A stretch of 64,000 nt of DNA from Octopus bimaculoides. Taxonomy: Eukaryota. This document shows positions 52,747 through 64,000 of the stretch, piece after piece (position 1 is the first letter of the stretch; the number at the start of each line of letters is the position of its first letter). Both the position numbers and the translations under genes were made by a program. Under the pieces are notes generated by a model, which did not search any database, was not told where the DNA came from, and was given only the letters and a program-made list of their open reading frames with translations. The stretch is taken from positions 13,367,033-13,431,032 of the forward strand of contig NC_068986.1 of assembly GCF_001194135.2 (NCBI RefSeq). Direction: 5' to 3'.

Positions 52747-52977
52747 CTGTTAAATGGAGAAATGAAGGATATATAGATATATATAATAAATAGGGGAAAC
52801 ATCATTATCATCATCATCGTTGTCATTTAACATCCATTTTCCATGCTGGCATCGGTTGGATGCATCGACAGGAGTTGGCAAGTTGGAGAGCTACACTAGG
52901 CTCCAAATGTCTTATTTTGGCAAGGTTTCTATAGCTGGATGAGCTTCTTAATGCCAACCACTTTACAGAGTCTACTG

Positions 52978-53159
52978 GGTGCTTTTTATGCAGCACCAGC
53001 ACAAGTGCTTTTTACGTGGCACCTGCACGGGTGCTTTTAACATGGCACCTGCACAGGTGCTTTTTACGTGGCACCTGCACAGGTGGTTTTTACATGGCAC
53101 CTGCACAGTTACTTTTTACGTGGCACCAGCACAGGTGCTTTTTACATGGCACCAGCACA
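52978..53159. repeat. 26-bp minisatellite, 7 units
   Basis: Unit ggtgctttttacgtggcacctgcaca, amplified from a segment of the family-3 tail. Confidence 0.9.
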
Positions 53160-53752
53160 GTCAACCCAGCGTCATTTGAACTCAGAACATAAAATTGAAA
53201 GAAATGCTGCTAAGTATTTTATCTGCCGTGCTAATGATTCTCCCAGCTCACGCCTGAATGTAAGAAATATTGAATAGAAGAATTCTTAATTAATAAATTT
53301 CAATTATTGATTTCATATTTTGGCACAAGACCAGCAATTTCAAGAGTTGATTACATTGACCCCAGTGTTCAGTTGGTACTTAATCAATTCCATAAGGATG
53401 AAAGGCAAAGTCAACCCCAGGGCCATTTGAATTCAGAATGTAAGGACTAATGAAATGCCACTTAGCGTTTTGCCCAGCATCCTAATGATCCTGCCAGCTC
53501 GCCGCCTTCGGAATATCAAATACCAAAAGTTATTGAACAGTAAAATCCACATAATCAATATTGGTTTCGAATTTTGGCACAAGGCCAGCAATTTTGGAGG
53601 AGATAAATTAACATGGAATTTTGATGGAAGTCTTTGATTTAGATTACTTTAAAACAAGGCGTTTGTACTACAGAACCAGTCGGGATGGTCTCAGATGGGT
53701 TGGTATCAAATACAAGTGTATAATAGTAATATACAGATTTATAAAAACTCAC

Positions 53753-53798
53753 TCTTCTGCAACTTCACTGCCACTTTCTCCAGGATTGAAAGATTCAT
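53753..53798 (-). CDS. SSRP1: SSRP1 short coding exon
   Basis: poly-T plus cag acceptor, GA|GTGAGT donor, 46 nt. Encodes (D)ESFNPGESGSEVAE(E), the DESFNPG...VAEE motif. Phases match both neighbours. Confidence 0.95.
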
Positions 53799-53801
53799 CT
53801 G

Positions 53802-53843
<42 letters not shown>

Positions 53844-55449
53844 TAATTATTGGTGATGGAAGCAGCATTAGTACCAAAAGGTAATCAGTATATCCAACTT
53901 AACATGGATGTCTTGTTATAACGCTAGACACTGCATTATTAACCTTGAGAGATCCTATTTTACAGGTGGTGCTTGATGCATAGAAGAACACACACATATC
54001 TTAGCAGATGAGAATTGCCTGTAATGAATGCCAGAATTGCCACATCATGTGATTTCATTCAAATGGAAATCATCAGTGGGATGATCATCATCCTTTAACG
54101 TCCGCTTTCCATGCTAGCATGGGTTCAGTCAAATCTCACTATTATGATACATAGATTACCAGCATCTTTTCAGACACTGATGTTGCACATAGCCAAGCAA
54201 GCTTATTAAAAATTAATTATTAGCGACCTAAGCAGTATTAACACCAGAAGGTAATCTTTGAACACTGAATACTGCACTTTTAGCCTTGAGAGATCCTCTC
54301 TTGTAGGCACTTGGTTCATCAAAAGCACGTACATAGATCAGATGCCTGAGTGATTAAGAAGTGATTTTAGGTTTAGTCCCATTGTTACGCCTACCTAAGT
54401 TATTTTTTTATTGGGGGCTGCTATTTCTAAGTATCACGTGGCTTGCTTTTGAGGCTGGAAGGCTTTTCTATCTCCAACCACTTTCCAGAATGCACTGGGA
54501 ATATTTATTCAAGGCACCAATGCAAAGAGTAGTCAGTAACATAAACCTTTAGCATTTAAACCAACCCATACCTGGCCCAAATATTTTATCTGTGTTTTGT
54601 GTTCAACCTGGCCAGATCCAGCCTCTCACACCTACCTTTTCCATTTACCTGTTTCAGTCATTTGACTGTGGCACCGCCTTGAAGGGCTTTTGTTGAATGA
54701 ATTGATCCTATTATTTATTCTATTGGTTTCTTTTGCTGAACTGCTAGGGAACTGGGAGGTAAACAAACCAGCACTAACCAGCAAGTGATGGTGGTGGTGG
54801 GGGAAGCACATACACACAAATATGCGACAGGCTTCTTTCAGTTTCCGTCAACCAAATCCACTCACAAGGCTTTGGTCAACCCAAGGTCATAGTAGAAGAC
54901 ACTTACCCAAGGTGCCATGTAGTGGGACTGAACCCAGAACCATGTGGTTGGGTAGAAAGCTTTTTACCACACAGCCATGCCTGCACCTGTCCTCATGAGA
55001 TATCTTCTAAAGTTGGAGAGTATTAATAAACCAAGAATTTAAGTTGTATAGTACTTAATAAATGCCACTGGCCATGCTGGAGTAATTCCTTGTAGCACAT
55101 TTCTTTTAGTATTCTGTCTGTTCACAAGTCTTTTCCTAATCCAGCAGGAAAAGCCCTTTTTTTTTAACCCTTTGTATCTGTTCCTCCTAGTTATTCGACA
55201 GACCACCAACATGCAACAGACCTAGTTGAGTTTAAACATGGGTTGGATGGTTTGATAGGACTGGAAGGGCATTAAGAACTGCATCAAGCCCCAATGTGTG
55301 TGCTGGGTGCATTTTTCCATGCCAGTTGTCCAAGAGAGGTTGTTGTGCAGCTTGCAAAACTACAAGCCTCAAGCAGGGAGCGGGGGCACTTCTTTCAGTT
55401 ATAAGAAAAAAAGTAAATAAAAAAAGACAGAAAAACAAGGGTAAATTAC

Positions 55450-55579
55450 CTGATTCGTCTTCTGATTCATCTTCATCTCTTTCTCTTCCTTCCTGTTTCA
55501 TTCTTTCTAAGTAGGCATCATGTTGTTCTTCACTCTCATCATTGCTATCAACCATGTCGTCGCGATATGAACCTTTCTC
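55450..55579 (-). CDS. SSRP1: SSRP1 coding exon (acidic region)
   Basis: tttgtgtgcag acceptor, CAG|GTAATT donor, 130 nt. Encodes EKGSYRDDMVDSNDESEEQHDAYLERMKQEGRERDEDESEDES (HDAYLERMK motif). Confidence 0.96.
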
Positions 55580-56343
55580 CTGCACACAAAAGAGGAAAGA
55601 GTGTCAGAGATACCACAAGGAAAAAAAAACAGTTCCAAAAATGGTAAGAATGCCATCACAAATATCTCAAAATCCACTGCTGTTAGTAATATCTGCAACA
55701 TTGGTTATACTTAAATTTTAAAAGTAAATTCATCATCATCAACATTTAGATTCTGTTGTCCATGCTTACGTGGCTTGAACAGTTTGACCTGAGCTGGCAA
55801 GTTGGAAGGCTGCACCAGAATCCAGTCTGATTTGGCATGGTTTCTATGGCTATATGCCCTTCATAACACCAACCACTTTGAGAGTGTAATGGGTGTTTTT
55901 ATATACCACTGGCACAAGTGCCATTTGTGTGACACTGGTATCTGCCATGACTGTGAATTTACTTGGCTTCATGGGTCTTCTTCTCAAGCACGATATAATA
56001 CCAAAGGTCTTGGTCATTGCTTCTGTGAGGCTCAAAGCTTGAAAGGAACACAGCCACTTTGCCTCCGTGAGGACCAATGCTCGAAAGGGGCTCCTTTCAT
56101 GCCACTGGCACAGGTGCCAGTTACGTGCTACCAGCATCAGCCATGACTACGAATTTACTTACCTTGACAAGTGTGTTTATGTCTCCATAGCGTAGCAGTT
56201 TGTCAAATGAGACTAATAGAATAAGTACCAGGATTTAAAAGCCCTTCAAGGCGGTGCCCCAGCATGGGCACAGTCTAATGACTGAAACAAATGAAAAACA
56301 ATAATAATAAAATAAAACAAATATATAATTTGGAACATCTTAC

Positions 56344-56413
56344 TTTGGAACCAAAATTTTTGACTCTTAATTTCTTGCTACGGATAAAATCATACAGCTT
56401 CCCATATTCATCT
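56344..56413 (-). CDS. SSRP1: SSRP1 coding exon
   Basis: ttattttcacag acceptor, AAA|GTAAGA donor, 70 nt. Encodes DEYGKLYDFIRSKKLRVKNFGSK. Confidence 0.96.
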
Positions 56414-57243
56414 CTGTGAAAATAACAGAAATACTTGTTTTATTAAAAATTGTTGTCATCATCATTATCACATCCACTTTTCAATACTTGTATGGGTTGG
56501 ATGGAGTTCATTGAAGCAGCTCAATAACCCACCTTGTTGCCAACCCTCAACTCTCTCCAAGAATGGTGGTGATATTTTCTTCATGGCCAGCACATGCCCA
56601 AGGCACATACAGCTATGCTCAGTGGAGCAGTGAAAGCACGTGGTAAAAATAAAACTACTGAATGATGATAATAATAATAAAAAGTATAATAATAATGTCC
56701 TGATGCAGTACTTAACTGATTGGAAGTGTTAGCCCGTACATTGTTTTCTCTTGGTATAAAAGATGGCCTACAGCAAATATTCTGCTCAATACCACAGATT
56801 TGCTTGACCATCACTAGTTGAACATGTCCCTCGGTGGCTGACGATATGTGCATCTCTGATAACGAGCAGAAGTAGTCGGGGAGCATCATAGCCATGTGTT
56901 GAGAGGAATTCTTTGAAGTTTGGATAATTCACCTTTGGAAACATGGGTGTTTCGTTCAACATCTTTAAACAACCCTTATTCAAGAACCATGAGTAGGATG
57001 GGCTATTCTACCAGAAGAAAATTCTAACTGGACCCCCCACTTGCGAGGTCGTGCTGTTTATATTGATATAAGATCACCATGTCGCACACATATGGTTGTG
57101 ATGCATATGTCTGGTGTACCCTTATCAGATGGGTATACTGGGCTTCATATATTTGTACCCCAGAGTCACTTTGATGCCATGCACTGCTCTCTCACTCAAT
57201 AATAATAATAATAATAATAAAAAATACAAAAAGCCCAACTTAC

Positions 57244-57465
57244 TTTTCAATACCAACAAACGTGTAAGTATTACTGGACTTGGTTTCTACATCAAAATCA
57301 AAGGACCTAGTGCTGCCAGCACTTCGGGCAAAGTTAACAGAAGAGACTTCATCAAATCGAATGTGAATGGGAGGTTTGTGAACAAAGATTAGTCCTCTTT
57401 CCAATGGATATAATAAACCTGTAGCTGCTTTGTAAGAACAACCAATCGCCTGGTCTCCTTTTTGG
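57244..57465 (-). CDS. SSRP1: SSRP1 coding exon (second PH-like/Rtt106-like part of middle domain)
   Basis: ttgttttacag acceptor, AA|GTAAGT donor, 222 nt. Encodes QKGDQAIGCSYKAATGLLYPLERGLIFVHKPPIHIRFDEVSSVNFARSAGSTRSFDFDVETKSSNTYTFVGIE. Confidence 0.97.
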
Positions 57466-57977
57466 CTGTAAAACAACGGAAAATACATTATTTAAATTTC
57501 ATCTGGATCCAGAAATACCAACATGGATGAAATGAATATATATATACATACATACTAACCCTTCAATTAATACCACTAACCCCCATACATCCCATACACC
57601 ATTCACATTACAGATCTATATCTACCCTAATTGCACCAAATCTGGAACTACTTACTTCCCTTACACATAATCTTTTTATTCAAGGACTAAGTAGACCTGA
57701 CACCGTTCAGTAATCGGTGTGCATTCAAAGCCAGTGAACAGTAATTTTACAAAACAGGTATACCTTTGAATCTCTTTAACAATTCACAATAATGATTTTT
57801 ATTACTTTTATACCTACCCCAGTTCATCTAAATGTATATATCTATCGTTACTTTTCATAAAAAGCCCTTACATTTTTTGATTTCCAATGTGCATTTTCAC
57901 TTCTTTTCTTCTTACTTTCCCCTTACATTTCCACGGGTAGTTTCTATTTTGTTTTTGTAACATATTTCTATTATATG

Positions 57978-58038
<61 letters not shown>

Positions 58039-58042
58039 GTGT

Positions 58043-58290
58043 GGAGGCGCATGGCTTAGTGGTTAGGGTGTCAGCATCATGATCGTAAGATTGTGGTTTC
58101 AATTCCTGGACCGGGCAACGTGTTGTGTTCTTGAGCAAAACACTTCATTTCACGTTGCTCCAGTCCACTCAGCAGGCAAAAATGAGCAACGCTGCGATGG
58201 ACTGGCATCCCATCTAGCTGGGAAACGCATACGCCATTGAAACCAGGCCCATGAGCCTGGCTAGGCTTTAAAAGGGCGCATTTATTATTT
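58043..58290 (+). mobile_element. tRNA-derived SINE family 4 (representative; also 24040-24200, 25000-25330, 28050-28370)
   Basis: A box tggcttagtgg, B-box-like gtttcaattcc, shared core ttcacgttgctccagtccactcag. Confidence 0.75.
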
Positions 58291-58569
58291 TATACACACA
58301 CACACATATATATAAACATTTAAAAATTCCTCAAAAACCTTAATTATAGACATAAGAAATTAAAAGTAATATACTATCACAGACACAATACCTCATAAAT
58401 GGATATAAAGCAGAAAGAATAGCAAGTTAAGGTAATCTCTATTGCTGTCCTATAGGAATTATAGCCAGCATTGACTCTTGTTATGGCATTTCATATCTGA
58501 GACATCAGATGTAAAAAAGGGTAATGCATATATATGATTTTGCTCCTTCATTGGAACCCTTCTGACCCC

Positions 58570-59055
58570 TTAACCCTTTCGATACGAACCCAGCTGACAC
58601 CGCTTCTGGTTCTGTAATACAAATGTCTTGTTTTCGAAAGTTCTGAATTAAAAATCTTCCACCAAACCTTAGTCACAGTTTATGGTCCTAACACTAGCTT
58701 AATGATAATAACTAAGTTATTTTACTAAATTCTTTGTTATATTTAAAATTAATTGAAAGAACACAGAACATCTCAACAGAAATATGGTAACAAAAGGGCT
58801 AAAATATATAATAGAGAAACAATTCTTAACCCTTTTGATACCAACCTGTCTGAAACCACCTCTGGCTCTGTAGTACAAATATCTTGCTTTCATAAGTTTT
58901 GAATTAAAATCTTCCACCAAACCTTAGTCACAATTTATGCTCCAAAGACCAGCTTAATGATAACTAAGTTATTTTACTAAATTCTTTGTTATATTTAAAA
59001 TTAATTGAAACACAGAGCATCTCAACAGAAATATGGTTAAAAAAAAAAGGGTTAA
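58570..59055. mobile_element. piggyBac-type MITE head-to-tail dimer (second copy, SSRP1 intron)
   Basis: Same two units, identical spacer aatatataatagagaaacaattc (58803-58825), TTAA ends. Confidence 0.78.
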
Positions 59056-59559
59056 TCATCCATGAACACATTGCTTAAACAGTCACTAAATACAGTGGTG
59101 TAACATCACTGGATATACCAAAGGCAGTGAGCTGGTGGAATCATTAACACATTAGGTGAAATGCTTAGTGGTATTTCATCTGTCTTCATGTTCTGAGTTC
59201 AAATGCCACCGGGACCGACTTTGTCTTTCATCCTTCCGGAGTTGATAAATTAAGTACCATTTACGCACTGGAGTTGATGTAATCGACTGGCGCCCTCCCC
59301 AAAAATTTCAGGCCTTGCATCTAAAGTAGAAAAGATTATTGGATATACCAACTTTACACATTAAACACATTCCTGGAAGTTGGTACATAAATATTAATGA
59401 CTCATAGGCACACAGCATTTTGTTAGGCAACCATAATATACTAAAAAGTATATTAAATGTTTTGCATAAGTCAACACGAAGTCATTTTTCCACAGATGTG
59501 CAAAGAACAAAGGAACAAATTTCCGAAGAGAACAAAAAGGAGGGATGTTTAGAACTCAC

Positions 59560-59688
59560 CTGACAAAAACACCTGGAACAGTAATTTTACGGTTAACAAC
59601 AGCTTTGAAAATTTTGCTAATGACTTCATACTCTGTACCAGACATCTCACGAGTTAATTTTCCTTCATATTTCTTCTGTATTTCTTCT
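59560..59688 (-). CDS. SSRP1: SSRP1 coding exon
   Basis: AAG acceptor after a long pyrimidine tract, AG|GTGAGT donor, 129 nt. Encodes EEIQKKYEGKLTREMSGTEYEVISKIFKAVVNRKITVPGVFV. Confidence 0.94.
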
Positions 59689-60762
59689 CTTTGAATAAGA
59701 AAGAAAAATAAAACAAAAACAAAAAATAAAAATAAATATGTAAACAATTCAAGTCTTGGATTTGTGAATGACAAAAAAAAATTTGGCTCTGCACTGTTTA
59801 TTGGATTGAAATCCAGGCTGGTTCCATGTAAAGGGCACCGACGTTGGTGCCACATAAAAGCACCTGTGTTGGTGACACGTAAAAAGTATCCAATACACTC
59901 TGTAAAGTGGTTAGTGTTAGGAAGGACATCCAGCCATTGAAACCTTGCCAAAATTGAGCCTCACGGTGGCTGAGTTCTTTTTGAGCGTTGGGCTTCATGG
60001 AGGCAATGACTGAGACCTTTGGCATTCAGGTTGTGCTCGAGAAGAAGACCCATCAAGCTGAACAAAATCACAGTCGTGGCAGATGTCATGTCACACAAAT
60101 TGGCACCTGTAGACTGGAGAGAAATGAGGCAAGCATTATAAATCAACATCCCACTGATATGGAACATTCTACTCTATCCCCTCTGTACTACATATACCCC
60201 TCTACACTGTTGGTAGGTTCCAATACATCTTCAGCACCATTGATTTCTTTCTCTCTCTCACTCTGACTGTCTCCCTCTTTCTCTAACTCTCTCTCCCCTT
60301 CCACTCCTGGGGTAGCCAAATATCTCCTCTATAGTAAGGCAATTATCATATTCTGTCCCTCTATCATACACGAACCTCTTGCTAGGCACCCCTGCCCTTT
60401 CAACTAAGTAGCCTTTGTTTTGCAAGTTACTTGGCAACCCTGCTGATGCTGGTGCCATGTAAAAAGCACCTGTGTCAGTATATGGAGCACAAGAGATAAA
60501 AAATTGAAATTAAGTGCAGAGTGAAAGAGTTGTGCGATGACGGCAGAAAGTGCCTTGGGGCAGAAGAAATGGGAACAAGTTGTGATGTTAATTATCAGAA
60601 TGTTAGTGCCCCGCCCAGGCACGAGGACACAAGGCCAAGATAAGTAAGGATTCAATATACTGTAAACAAATTCAATTCATATCTGCACAAAAAGACGTAA
60701 ATTAAAATGAGAGAGGGAATGGTTGATTCCAAAACCAAATCTTTAGGAACAAGCATACTTAC

Positions 60763-60866
60763 TCTGATAAGGCTAGTTCTGTGGTCATCTCGTCGTCTTT
60801 GTTAAAAAGTAAAATAAGGAAGTGATAACGCGTCTGACCTTGCTTTATAGGTGGATCCAAGCTGAC
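60763..60866 (-). CDS. SSRP1: SSRP1 coding exon
   Basis: ctttgtctttcag acceptor, GA|GTAAGT donor, 104 nt. Encodes VSLDPPIKQGQTRYHFLILLFNKDDEMTTELALS. Confidence 0.97.
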
Positions 60867-61012
60867 CTGAAAGACAAAGGTCACAAATAGAAAGACCATG
60901 GGTTATATTGTTACTGGTTTACATTTAACAACAGGGTTGTGTGGTCAAGAGGTTTGCTTCCAGCCCACATGGTTCTGAGTTCAGTGCCCACTATGTGGTA
61001 CCTCGGGCAAGT

Positions 61013-61417
61013 ACAGTTCTATATTTGAGGAATTATGTGCATTATTTACATTTGATGGATATTTGTCCTCATCTTTTTTGTTGTTAACACAACGTTTCAG
61101 CTGATATACCCTCCAGCCTTCATCTTGTGTCTTGGGGAAATTTCGAACCCGGGTTCTCATTCCTAAGGTATTTTTCGATGTTATTATTATTATTATTATT
61201 CAGGTCACTGCCTGGAATCAAACTCGGAATCTTGGGGTTAGTAGCCCACACTCTCAACCACTACACCATATGCCTGCGACCCGAACAACAACAACAGCAG
61301 CATGAGAACCCAGGTTCGAAATTTCCCCAAGACACCTGATGAAGGGTGGAGGGTATATCAGCCGAAACGTGTTAACAACAAGATGAGGACAAATATCCGT
61401 CAAATGTAAATAATGCA
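61013..61417. mobile_element. Family B inverted pair (tails outward) inside an SSRP1 intron
   Basis: Full minus copy plus a 5'-truncated plus copy. Flanked by ct(c/t)gggcaagt at 61002-61012 and 61418-61428, splitting a host SINE. Confidence 0.75.
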
Positions 61418-61864
61418 CTTGGGCAAGTGTCTTCTACTATAGCCATGGGCCAACCAAAGCCTTGTGAGTGGATTTGGTAGATGGAAACTGAAAGAAGCCC
61501 GTCATGTATCTCTATGACTTCACATCATGTGATACTTGTGAGTATCGCCATTATACAAGTGATATCCTTCCTTAGCAATCTTCCAGGAAAACATGTTTGG
61601 CTATCATCATCATTTAATATCTGTTTTCCATGCTGGCATGGGTTGGACAGTTTGACTGCAGCTGGAAAGCTGCAGAGTTGCGCAGGGTTCCAATTGTCTG
61701 ATTTGGCTTGGTTTCTATGGTTGGATGATGCGAACCACTTCACAGCTTGGTGCTTCTTGGTTGGCAACAGAAAGGGCATCCAGTTGTAGAAAATTTGCCT
61801 CATCCAAGCAAGCATGGAAAAGTGGAAGATAAAACAATGATGATGATGATGATATTACATAAAA

Positions 61865-62092
61865 AGGGCGGCGAGCTGGCAGGATCGTTAGCACGCTGGG
61901 TGAAATGCTTAGCGGTATTTCGTCTGCTGTTACGTTCTGAGTTCAAATTCCACCGAGGTCGACTTTGCCTTTCATCCTTTCGGAGTTGATTAAATAAGTA
62001 CCAGTTATGCACTGTGGTCGATGTAATCGACTTAAACCATTTGTTTGTCCCCTCTATGTTTAGCCTCCTGTGGGCAATAAAGAAATAGATAT
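61865..62092 (+). mobile_element. tRNA-related SINE family 1 (representative; many copies, e.g. 9050-9260, 34088-34322, 44590-44820, 59100-59340)
   Basis: Recurrent ggcgagctggcagaa...gttctgagttcaaattcc...aagtaccagtt...gatgtaatcgac consensus on both strands. Confidence 0.8.
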
Positions 62093-62149
62093 TACATAAA
62101 AAGTTATCGTGAAATTATAAAGATGGGCACAAGGGACCAAACCACTTAC

Positions 62150-62285
62150 CACAAAAAACATCTGGCGTCTGTCATTGTGTGGAAGTAAGAAAAGCCGAAG
62201 TACAGTGGCGTAAGGAATTTTGTAATCAAATGTTTTACCATGGAGTTGGAGAAATGTAGGGTAGATCTTGATATCATATCGACCT
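62150..62285 (-). CDS. SSRP1: SSRP1 coding exon (middle domain)
   Basis: tttctgtttccag acceptor, GTG|GTAAGT donor, 136 nt. Encodes [45 protein letters not shown]. Not in the ORF track in this frame. Confidence 0.97.
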
Positions 62286-63104
62286 CTGGAAACAGAAAGA
62301 AAAAAACGAAATTAGATGAGAGCAGACAATTTACAGAAACACATATATACACACATCCACACTGTAAAGTGGTTGGCATTTGGAAGGGCATCCAGTTAAA
62401 ACTATGCCAAAGTAGAACTTGTTAGTGCCATGTAAAAAACACCCAGTTCACTATGTAAAGATGGCATTAGGAAGGGCATCCAGCTGTAAAAATCCATGCC
62501 AAAACAGACCTCGCTGGTGCTGGTGCCATGTAAAAACGCATCCTTAATGCTCAGAATAATTCCAGGTGTTTATGAACGCCTTGTAGTATCCCATGGGTCA
62601 ATACTGACATCTTACTGACCCCTGTTATTGTGGATGGGCAGATAGTATTTAGCAAAGAACATGCAGTGTGTGGATAATCAGAGCAAAATTTTAATGAGCT
62701 GGGCTGCATAAGAGAGAGAGAGATAGTGTGTGTGTGTGTGTTGTATACGGAGTCTGTTGTTGTCCATCCTGTGTACACGCCCCAACTAAAGTAAATTTCT
62801 ATCAATGAGGATTTCCATCATCGGAGGCAGATCAGCACACCGGAAGATCTCTTCGTTCCTGATCTTGCCAAACAGATTGATAGTCATAATTTGAAAAAGA
62901 AATCGTGGAAGACTTAGACTAAGATTCAAAAATACTGCAAAATGGAAAATGAATTGGAAAGAAATTGATTATGATAAATGGCAAACTCAAGCGAAAAACC
63001 AACCAGTGTAGAGAAAACTAATCAAGTCATGCTAAAGCTACAAACAGTCACAGGTGTGACGACTGATTGCAGGTAAGATATGTGATACATGAAAATCAAT
63101 ATAC

Positions 63105-63384
63105 CTGGGTGTAAGACATTGTACTTGATCGAATGTAACAATAGCATCTCCTGTGGCCTGGATAATGTCTGCTTTGGACATGACATTTTTGTAGAATTCT
63201 TGCACAACATCCTTTTCCAGTTCAGATGGGATGTGAAAGCGCAGTTCCATCAGCGAGACAGCAGCATCATCATTCTGGTGAAATTCCAAAGTGACTTCAT
63301 TTTTGTTTGTTGTTGCATGTGAGACATTGGTCAAAGGAATTTCGAAGGCCATGTTTTTCTCAACTTCAAAATTGAGGGCATTAC
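63105..63384 (-). CDS. SSRP1: SSRP1 internal coding exon (first visible; upstream exons outside window)
   Basis: ttttacag acceptor, AG|GTAT donor, 280 nt (phase 1 to 2). Encodes (G)NALNFEVEKNMAFEIPLTNVSHATTNKNEVTLEFHQNDDAAVSLMELRFHIP...ATGDAIVTFDQVQCLTP(R), matching the SSRP1 FEIPLSNVS/KNEVTLEFHQNDDA motifs. Confidence 0.97.
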
Positions 63385-63680
63385 CTGTAAAACAGTCAGT
63401 AAAAGGAGAATATTATTATTGAGTGAGAGAGCAGTGCATGCCATCAAAGTGACACTGGAGTACAAATATATGAAGCCCAATATACCCATCGTGACTGACC
63501 ATGTGATAAGGGTAGTCATGATGGGTGCATTCATCACAACTATCTGTATGACATGGTGACCTCATATCAAGATAAACAGCACATGACCATGCAGGTCATG
63601 CTAGAACTTTCTATGGCCCAGCTAGAACTTTCTTCAGATCGTAGCCCATCCCACTCAAAAGGTCTCTGAATAAGGGTTGT

Positions 63681-64000
63681 TTAACCCTTTCGTTACCAAA
63701 CCGCCCAAAGCCGCCCGGAAAAAATTTTGGTTCATGTGACCAAGCCGCCCAAAACCGCCCGTAATCACCTATTCATATTTAAATGAGAATATCTGAGCAA
63801 ATCTCGTTAGTACATTCGTGAAAACACGTGATTATTTGTGTAAACAGTTCAGCTATAGTTTTGTATGACGATCAACGTGTTTTTTTAATTTTGTGAATTT
63901 TGGGAGATTTTTTTCCAAATTTGTTCCTGTTGTGTTTTCAAAATTTGTAATCCTGACAAAAAAATGGATACGAATTTTATTCTGTCAAGCAGCGAGTCAG
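63681..64000 (+). mobile_element. Left end of a piggyBac-type transposon, possible transposase start at window edge
   Basis: TTAA(63681-84)+CCCTTTCG terminus, twin subterminal repeats cca(a)(a/g)ccgcccaaa(g/a)ccgccc, and ATG at 63964 reading MDTNFILSSSES. Interrupts a family-5 repeat. Confidence 0.6.

Noticed and set aside
52978-53159. CRISPR-like array
   Set aside because: Units are contiguous without unique spacers, the context is eukaryotic, and the unit derives from a LINE tail.

Overview
AT-rich, repeat-saturated animal DNA with assembly gaps. The SINE, microsatellite and intron make-up looks like an octopus genome (inference). No prokaryotic features or CRISPR arrays are present. The right ~17 kb holds 13 minus-strand coding exons of SSRP1 (FACT subunit). 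I traced these by hand: the splice phases are continuous, giving 623 codons plus a stop, and the N-terminal exons lie beyond the window. A probable first coding exon of a second, unidentified minus-strand gene (MAAENKRPPVSISELVQ, then CAG|GTAAGT) lies at 38303-38353, and a second promoter-like island lies at ~15.0-15.3 kb. The rest is tRNA-derived SINEs, RTE and R4/Dong LINE remnants, piggyBac-, hAT- and Helentron-type non-autonomous elements, a 750-bp foldback, and microsatellites. Main hunt result: two unrelated dispersed repeat families each carry a type I hammerhead ribozyme motif with a palindromic helix III. Family A has three copies with intact cores and only permitted variation. Family B is a chimera of a tRNA-like Pol III head, (AAT)n and a hammerhead tail. 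One family B copy is joined to the remnant C-terminus of a Penelope-like GIY-YIG ORF, and two insertions are TSD-flanked inverted pairs with both tails facing outward. This suggests a Penelope-mobilised SINE/ribozyme system. No database searches or folding programs were run, so novelty is unverified.
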